From Ardenticatenales bacterium (GTDB lineage: Bacteria > Chloroflexota > Anaerolineae > Epilineales > Epilineaceae), in the NCBI GenBank assembly GCA_020853525.1, contig JADYYS010000005.1, positions 55,262 through 119,261 of the forward strand: a stretch of 64,000 nt of DNA, in the 5' to 3' direction. The notes under the pieces were generated by a model. It saw only the letters and a program-made list of their open reading frames with translations. It had not been told where the DNA came from and did no database searches. How positions within the stretch are numbered: the stretch's first letter is position 1; the number at the start of each line of letters is the position of its first letter. Of this stretch, positions 58,704 through 64,000 are shown one piece after another. The translations under genes were made by a program, and so were the position numbers.

Positions 58704-59750
58704 CTACGGAGCGATGGATCCCGACGGGACCGTGGCCGTCGGCCGGCAGGCGTCGACGGCGGCGCCGACCTCGCCCGTCAACCGCGGTACGACGTAGAGG
58801 ATCAGACCGAAAGCCAGCACCCAGCCGGCCACGCTGGCCAGCAACGGCCGGTCTCGCAGCAGGATGTCTTCCGGTGCGCCGCCCATGCCGCGTGCCTGTA
58901 CCAGAAACAGGTAGCGCAGGATGGCGTAGATGACGAACGGCACGGTCAGGAGGATGAGGTTGGCGCTCACGCCGCGCGGGCGCGCCGGCGTCGTGATCGC
59001 ATAGAGGCAGTACGTCACGACGGTGACGGACGCGGCCAACAGGATGAACTGATCGAGCAACGGTTCGGTGTAGTCTTCGAGGCTGCGGCGGTGCCCGCCG
59101 GCGCTCTCGGCCAGAACGTGAAGCTCGTGTCGACGCTTGGCGAAGCCCTGGAACAGCGCCAGGTTGATCATCGAGACGTACAGATAGGGCGAGATCGGAG
59201 TGTCGATCGCCGCACCGCCGGCCAACACACGCAACACGAAGCCGCCGGCGATCGCCAGGACGTCGACGATGACCCAGTGCTTGAGCACGAACGTGTAGCT
59301 CAGCTGGAGGACAAGGTAGCCGACGAGTGCCACCACCACCAGCGGACTCGGCACGGCGACGGCGAGGCCGTCGGCCGGCCGACCGGTCGCCAGCCAGACC
59401 GTTGAGCCGAGCCCGACCAGGATCAGGACGATCGACAGCACGATCGCCAGCCCGGCGCTCATCTCGCCGCTGGCCAGCGGGCGGTGACGCTTCTCGGGGT
59501 GCCGCCGGTCGTTCTCGATATCGGCGAGGTCATTGATCAGGTAGACCGCGCTCGAGATCGCACAGAACGAGAGGAACGTGATCACCGTGCTGGCGAGCTT
59601 CGGCCCACAGGCCAGCTGCTGGGTGAGCAGGAGCGCCGCGAAGACGAAGGCATTCTTCGTCCACTGCCGCGGGCGCATGCCGGCAAGCACCGCCCGCCAA
59701 CGCGGACGGCGGCGCCGCGGCGCATCGACGGTCGGGCTGGGCGGTGGCAC
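58704..59750 (-). CDS. UbiA-superfamily prenyl-phosphate phosphoribosyltransferase (decaprenyl-phosphate phosphoribosyltransferase-like)
   Basis: RPRQWTKNAFVFAALLL and YLINDLADIENDRRHPEKRHRPLASGE (NDxxDxxxD). About 8-9 TM helices. Start is 59750 or the internal ATG (MRPRQW). Confidence 0.75.
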   Translation of the reverse strand: MPPPSPTVDAPRRRRPRWRAVLAGMRPRQWTKNAFVFAALLLTQQLACGPKLASTVITFLSFCAISSAVYLINDLADIENDRRHPEKRHRPLASGEMSAGLAIVLSIVLILVGLGSTVWLATGRPADGLAVAVPSPLVVVALVGYLVLQLSYTFVLKHWVIVDVLAIAGGFVLRVLAGGAAIDTPISPYLYVSMINLALFQGFAKRRHELHVLAESAGGHRRSLEDYTEPLLDQFILLAASVTVVTYCLYAITTPARPRGVSANLILLTVPFVIYAILRYLFLVQARGMGGAPEDILLRDRPLLASVAGWVLAFGLILYVVPRLTGEVGAAVDACRPTATVPSGSIAP

Positions 59751-59819
59751 GGCGCGATTCTACGGGCTCGACCCGGACACGGTCAACGCCGCACGGTGCT
59801 GCGCTACCATGTTCGGCCG

Positions 59820-60650
59820 ATGGACACCCCTCGCACCGGTACGCGCTGCCGACTCGACGAGCTTCTCGTCCTGCGTGGCCTGGCGGAGAGCCGCACGCGC
59901 GCGCAGTCCTTGATCCGCGCCGGCGACGTCACGATCGACGGGCACCGGAGCGACAAGCCGGGCATGCCGGTGCGGCGCGACGCCCTGATCACCGTGCGGC
60001 CGGCGAAGCGGTTCGTCGGTCGGGGCGGCGACAAACTCGAAGCCGCGCTCATTGCGTTCGGCTGGGATGTCACCGACCGGGTTGCTCTCGACGTCGGCGC
60101 ATCGACCGGCGGCTTCACGGACTGCCTGTTGCAGCGCGGCGCACACCACGTGTACGCGGTGGATGTCGGTCGCGGTCAGCTGGCGTGGCGACTGCGGACC
60201 GATCCGCGCGTGACGTGCCTCGAGCGCACGGACATCCGCGCGCTGGAGACGTTGCCCGAGGCGCCGACGATCGCCGTGGTGGACGTCGCGTTCATCTCGC
60301 TCCGGCTCGTTCTGCCGGCGGTATGGGGCCTCGTGGCGCCCGGCGCCGGCGTGATCGCGCTCGTCAAGCCGCAGTTCGAGGCCGGTCGCGCCGAGGTCGG
60401 GCGCGGCGGAGTCGTGCGCGATCCGGCCGTTCATCGGCGGGTGCTCCACGACGTGCTGCGCCACGCCGAGGAGGCGCACTGGCAACTGGAGGGCGGCCTG
60501 CCCTCGCCGATCACCGGCGCGGACGGCAATCGCGAGTTCCTCATCGCGCTGCGACGACCGGCGCCCGACGAAGTGTGCGCGACGGCTGCCCCAGACCGCG
60601 ACGACGTGATCGAGGCCTGCCTGCGAACGCCCGAAGCGCGCGTGCCCTGA
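59820..60650 (+). CDS. tlyA: TlyA-family rRNA (cytidine-2'-O)-methyltransferase
   Basis: S4 domain (RLDELLVLRGLAESRTRAQSLIRAGDVTIDG), FVGRGGDKLEAAL, SAM motif LDVGASTGGFTDCLLQRGA. Confidence 0.85.
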   Translation: MDTPRTGTRCRLDELLVLRGLAESRTRAQSLIRAGDVTIDGHRSDKPGMPVRRDALITVRPAKRFVGRGGDKLEAALIAFGWDVTDRVALDVGASTGGFTDCLLQRGAHHVYAVDVGRGQLAWRLRTDPRVTCLERTDIRALETLPEAPTIAVVDVAFISLRLVLPAVWGLVAPGAGVIALVKPQFEAGRAEVGRGGVVRDPAVHRRVLHDVLRHAEEAHWQLEGGLPSPITGADGNREFLIALRRPAPDEVCATAAPDRDDVIEACLRTPEARVP

Positions 60651-60662
60651 CGGGGCGCGAAC

Positions 60663-60697
60663 ACAGGCGCCCGCTGGACTCGCCAGCGGGCGCCTGT
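60663..60697. terminator. 15-bp perfect hairpin between convergent tlyA and rpsI (candidate bidirectional terminator)
   Basis: acaggcgcccgctgg-actcg-ccagcgggcgcctgt read directly. No U-tract after it on either strand. Confidence 0.5.
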
Positions 60698-60721
60698 TCA
60701 TCCGCTTCCAAAAATGACGGA

Positions 60722-61156
60722 CTAGCGCTTCGTGTACTGCGGCGCCTTGCGGGCACGCTTGAGACCGGGCTTCTTGCGTTCCTTCTCGCGCGGGTCGCGC
60801 GTCAGGAACCCGCCACGGCGGAACGTGTTGCGATTCTCTTCGTCGGACAGGACGAGCGCACGGGCAATGCCCTGCATGATCGCGCCCGACTGCCCCGTGA
60901 TGCCGCCGCCCTGGACCAAGGCGGTGACGGTGAACGCGCCGACGTTGGCCGCCCCGATGGGGGATAGCACCGTGGCACGGTCACGCTCGCGGCCGAAGTA
61001 ATCCTCCAGCGGCTTGCCGTTTACGAGCACGGCCCCATTGCCGGCCGGATAGAAGCGCACCTGGGCCGAGGCTGACTTGCGCCGGCCAAGCCCATAAAAG
61101 TAGCGGCCGTCCAGGTTGACGGCCATCGTCGCTCGTCGCGTCGCGGTCTGTGCCAT
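60722..61156 (-). CDS. rpsI: 30S ribosomal protein S9
   Basis: GGGITGQSGAI..GIARAL and C-terminal KKPGLKRARKAPQYTKR. GGAG is 9 nt upstream of ATG 61156. Confidence 0.95.
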   Translation of the reverse strand: MAQTATRRATMAVNLDGRYFYGLGRRKSASAQVRFYPAGNGAVLVNGKPLEDYFGRERDRATVLSPIGAANVGAFTVTALVQGGGITGQSGAIMQGIARALVLSDEENRNTFRRGGFLTRDPREKERKKPGLKRARKAPQYTKR

Positions 61157-61218
61157 GTGCTCTCACTCCTGATTGCGTGCGCTTCAACAACTCGCTGTCG
61201 CCGCGCGCACGCAGCCGA

Positions 61219-61665
61219 TCAACCGAGGGATGTGTCGATGACGAGGATCAGCGGCTTTTGGGCGGCATGCGGATGCTCGGACCCGCCATACACCCTGAGC
61301 TTCTTGATCATTGCGCGGCCGAGGCGGTTCCGCGGCAGCATGCCCTTGACGGCCAGCTTGAGCACCCGATCGGGATGCTTATCCATCATGGACGCCAGGT
61401 TCGATTCGCGCAAGCCCCCCGGGTACCCGGAGTGCGTATAGTACATCTTGTCGGCCATGCGCGCCCCGGTGGTGGCGATGCGCGATGCGTTGACGACGAT
61501 CACGTGATCGCCGAGGTCGAGGTGCGGCGTGAAGTCGGGCCGGTGCTTGCCCCGCAGGCGCTGCGCGATGGCCGACGCCAGACGCCCAAGGTTCTGGCCG
61601 TCCGCATCGACGACCCACCAGTTTCGTTCCACGTCCGACAGCTTCGGCGTGTAGGTTCGCATCAT
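61219..61665 (-). CDS. rplM: 50S ribosomal protein L13
   Basis: RNWWVVDADGQNLGRLASAIAQRLRGKHRPDFTPH. GGAGGGG is 6 nt upstream. The start overlaps the truA stop (ATGATG). Confidence 0.95.
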   Translation of the reverse strand: MMRTYTPKLSDVERNWWVVDADGQNLGRLASAIAQRLRGKHRPDFTPHLDLGDHVIVVNASRIATTGARMADKMYYTHSGYPGGLRESNLASMMDKHPDRVLKLAVKGMLPRNRLGRAMIKKLRVYGGSEHPHAAQKPLILVIDTSLG

Positions 61666-62465
61666 CGTTCTTCCCCTCCCGTCGGCGCGCGCATCTCTGC
61701 ACGCGCGATGAACTCAGTCTCAGATGGATAGGTCACTCGCGTCAACGTGAGACCCCACGCCGGCGCCCGCCACGCCGTCGGAGCCCCGGCCTGCCCGGCC
61801 AGCACCGCCTCTACCGTCTCCGGCGGCCACTTGCCGCGTCCGATGTCCAATAGCAGCCCCACCGTCCGCCGCACCTGATGCCGCAAGAAGGCATTTCCGA
61901 CGAACCACAAGTCCACAAAATCGCCTCGCCGGACGACGTCCAACCGATCGAGGCGGCGCACCGTGATCGCCGATCCGCCCACGGGTCGACCCAAGGCGGC
62001 GAAGTCATGGCTGCCGATCAGTTGCACGGCCGCACGGGCCATCGCGTCGACATCGAGCGGGAACGGCACGTGCAGCGAGGTCCGACGCACGAGCGGTTGC
62101 CGGACCCGGCGGCACCAGAGTCGGTAGCGATACGTCCGTGTGGCGGCACTGTAACGTGCATGGAATCCCGGCGGCGCCTCGGACACGCGCAGGAGCGCCA
62201 CATCGCGCGGCAAAAGCGCATTCACCGCACGGCGCACGTCCCCCGGTTGACCGATCCATCGACTGTCAAAGTGCATAACCTGCCCTGACGCGTGCACCCC
62301 GGCGTCCGTCCGTCCGGCACCGACGACGCGCACGTCTTGACCCATGAGCTCCGTGAGCGCAGCTTCGATGACGCCTTGGACGGTGCGTGCTCCGGGTTGG
62401 CGCTGCCAACCCGCGAACGCGGAACCGTCGTAGGCGACGCGCGCCCTCAGCCGTCGTTCCGTCAG
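61662..62465 (-). CDS. truA: tRNA pseudouridine(38-40) synthase TruA; 5' end placed at a non-canonical CTG
   Basis: Catalytic GAGRTDAGVHA. The conserved N-terminus RLRARVAYDGSAFAGWQRQPGARTVQG is encoded in frame upstream of the first ATG (62345), with no ATG/GTG/TTG available. CTG 62465-62463 overlaps the rplQ stop (CTGA). Confidence 0.75.
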   Translation of the reverse strand: MTERRLRARVAYDGSAFAGWQRQPGARTVQGVIEAALTELMGQDVRVVGAGRTDAGVHASGQVMHFDSRWIGQPGDVRRAVNALLPRDVALLRVSEAPPGFHARYSAATRTYRYRLWCRRVRQPLVRRTSLHVPFPLDVDAMARAAVQLIGSHDFAALGRPVGGSAITVRRLDRLDVVRRGDFVDLWFVGNAFLRHQVRRTVGLLLDIGRGKWPPETVEAVLAGQAGAPTAWRAPAWGLTLTRVTYPSETEFIARAEMRAPTGGEER

Positions 62466-62812
62466 TCGACCAACTCCAAGTACACCATCGGTGCGGCATC
62501 GCCCTTGCGCGGGCCAAGGTTGACGATCCGGGTGTAGCCGCCCGGTCGTTCGCTCATGTCGGGACCGATCACATGGATCAGCTTGTCCACGATGTCCTGG
62601 TCCTGGATCTCACGCATGATCATCCGCCGGGCATGCAGATCCCCCTTGCGGGCGAACGTGATCAGCTTCTCCGCCTCACCTCGCACGGCGTCGGCCTTGG
62701 CCGACGTCGTCCGGATCCGCTCATGCCGGAAGAGGTCGCTCATCAGGTTGCGAAACATGGCGCGCCGGTGACCGGTCTTGCGCCCGAGCTTGTGACCGAA
62801 TTTCGCGTGCAT
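62462..62812 (-). CDS. rplQ: 50S ribosomal protein L17
   Basis: MHAKFGHKLGRKTGHRRAMFRNL... GGAGGG is 7 nt upstream of ATG 62812. Confidence 0.95.
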   Translation of the reverse strand: MHAKFGHKLGRKTGHRRAMFRNLMSDLFRHERIRTTSAKADAVRGEAEKLITFARKGDLHARRMIMREIQDQDIVDKLIHVIGPDMSERPGGYTRIVNLGPRKGDAAPMVYLELVD

Positions 62813-62815
62813 CGT

Positions 62816-63811
62816 CTAACCCTCCGCCCCTTCGGCGATCGGCACGGCCTCGGAAGGCAGTTCGCGCCCGGGAATGTACTCCATGTAACCCTTGCCCTCG
62901 AGGGCTTCGATCAACTCATCCAGCGACTTCTGGCCGAAGTTCCGGATGAGCAGCATGTCGTCGAGTCCGTGCGACATGCGTTCGAGGATCTCGCCCACCC
63001 GCGTCAGTCCGGCTCGCTTGAGGCAGTTGTACGCCCGCACGGAGAGCGAGAGCTCTTCGATAGCGGTCTCGTACACATGCTTGGGGATTCCCTGCCGCTC
63101 GACCTCGATCTCGGGCATCGGCTCGGCACCGAACCCGGCGATGATCCTGAACTGGTCGACCAGCAATGCCGAAGCCTTGCGAAGCGCGTCCTCCGGGCGG
63201 AGCGTGCCGTCCGTCCAGACTTCGAGCGTCAAGCTGTCATAGTTCGCCAGCTTGCCGACGCGCGTCTTCATGACCTGGTGGGTCACGCGCCGAATCGGGC
63301 TGAAGATCGCATCGACCGGCAGCTCGCCGATCTGCAGCTTGCCGCGATCCTCGGCAGGCGAGTAGCCCCGACCGCGGCGCACGATGAACTCGAGCTGCAG
63401 CGCCGCCTCCCGCGAATCGAGCGTCACGAGCGGCTGCTCCGGGTTGGCGATCTCAAGGTCGCTCGGCAGCTGGATATCCGCCGCCGTAACGAGCCCTTCG
63501 CCGTGCGCCATCAGGTTCAGGCGCCACTCGCCCACGCCGTTGTCCGACATCGGCCGAAACCGGACCTCCTTGAGGTTCAGCAACAGCTGCGTCGAATCCT
63601 CGCGCGTGTGCGGGATGACGGAGAACTCGTGGTAGACGTCGGCCACCTTGATGCTGGTGATCGCCACACCGTCGAGGCTGCTGAGCAGCACCCGTCGCAG
63701 CGCGTTGCCGAGCGTCGTGCCATAACCTCCCAGCAACGGGCGAACCGTGATCTGTGCATAACGGTCTGTTGAGCGCTGAATCTCAACCCGCGTTTGGTCC
63801 AATGACAGCAT
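62816..63811 (-). CDS. rpoA: DNA-directed RNA polymerase subunit alpha
   Basis: GYGTTLGNALRRVLLSSL in the N-terminal domain; C-terminal domain ELSLSVRAYNCLKRAGL...NFGQKSLDEL. ATG 63811 is preferred; the track start at 63868 is an alternative. Confidence 0.9.
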   Translation of the reverse strand: MLSLDQTRVEIQRSTDRYAQITVRPLLGGYGTTLGNALRRVLLSSLDGVAITSIKVADVYHEFSVIPHTREDSTQLLLNLKEVRFRPMSDNGVGEWRLNLMAHGEGLVTAADIQLPSDLEIANPEQPLVTLDSREAALQLEFIVRRGRGYSPAEDRGKLQIGELPVDAIFSPIRRVTHQVMKTRVGKLANYDSLTLEVWTDGTLRPEDALRKASALLVDQFRIIAGFGAEPMPEIEVERQGIPKHVYETAIEELSLSVRAYNCLKRAGLTRVGEILERMSHGLDDMLLIRNFGQKSLDELIEALEGKGYMEYIPGRELPSEAVPIAEGAEG

Positions 63812-63957
63812 GTTCTCCAAAGCACCTTCTCCGCTGTTCCCGGCACTTGCTTGTGCCGCATCCCCCAACCCTCACCCAGCACACCGCCCCAGGGTTCGCC
63901 GTCGGCGCAGATGGTCCGTCGGACCACGCGGCCCGATCGTCGGGCGACGCGACCGGA

Positions 63958-64000
63958 CTATACGCGCCGCTTCTTGCGCGGGCGGCAACCGTTGAATGGA
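63958..64000 (-). CDS. rpsK: 3' end of 30S ribosomal protein S11 (window-truncated)
   Basis: The minus-strand frame reads ...PFNGCRPRKKRRV then TAG (63960-63958), the characteristic S11 C-terminus. Confidence 0.7.
   Translation of the reverse strand, partial: PFNGCRPRKKRRV

Noticed and set aside
63812-63957. Absence of rpsD between rpsK and rpoA
   Set aside because: This gene order (rpsK directly followed by rpoA, with rpsD elsewhere) is known from other bacteria such as Bacillus, so it is not anomalous.

Overview
This is a 64-kb, roughly 70% GC bacterial chromosomal segment. Gene content and style suggest a Chloroflexota/Thermomicrobia-like or similar high-GC lineage, but that is inference only. 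I call about 46 protein-coding genes. I recognised no rRNA, tRNA, CRISPR array, transposase, integrase or phage genes. The window mixes two kinds of content. (1) Housekeeping genes: rpsK'-rpoA-rplQ-truA-rplM-rpsI, a stand-alone rpoC followed by rpsA, prfB with its programmed +1 frameshift, ftsY, argS, rpiA, gdh, lgt, tlyA and a carD-like gene. (2) Many cell-envelope and surface genes: three GT-C-type membrane glycosyltransferase-like proteins, a GT4 enzyme, rmlC, a UbiA-type decaprenyl-phosphate phosphoribosyltransferase-like gene, PhoX, a TgpA-like transglutaminase, a 1072-aa beta-propeller surface protein, a 1286-aa Ig-repeat protein interrupted by poly-glycine tracts, and two large multi-vWA proteins. 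The most interesting signals are listed here. (a) A ~79-nt hairpin-forming repeat family, with two identical copies 17 kb apart, one diverged tandem copy and one half copy; it looks like a CTAG/TA-targeting MITE or a structured RNA. (b) A short C-terminal tail, I-[YH]-L-P-x-x-[YW]-R-x-x-R, shared by two giant secreted proteins after Pro/Thr linkers. (c) An unusual zinc-ribbon/RGG/cold-shock-domain protein between rpsA and the carD-like gene. (d) truA has no canonical start codon; the best candidate is a CTG overlapping the rplQ stop. (e) Several in-frame 15-nt tandem repeats and a G10 tract lie inside surface-protein genes. Most long ORFs on the opposite strand of real genes are GC-driven shadow ORFs and are rejected. 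All calls come from reading the sequence and the ORF track; no database search was run.
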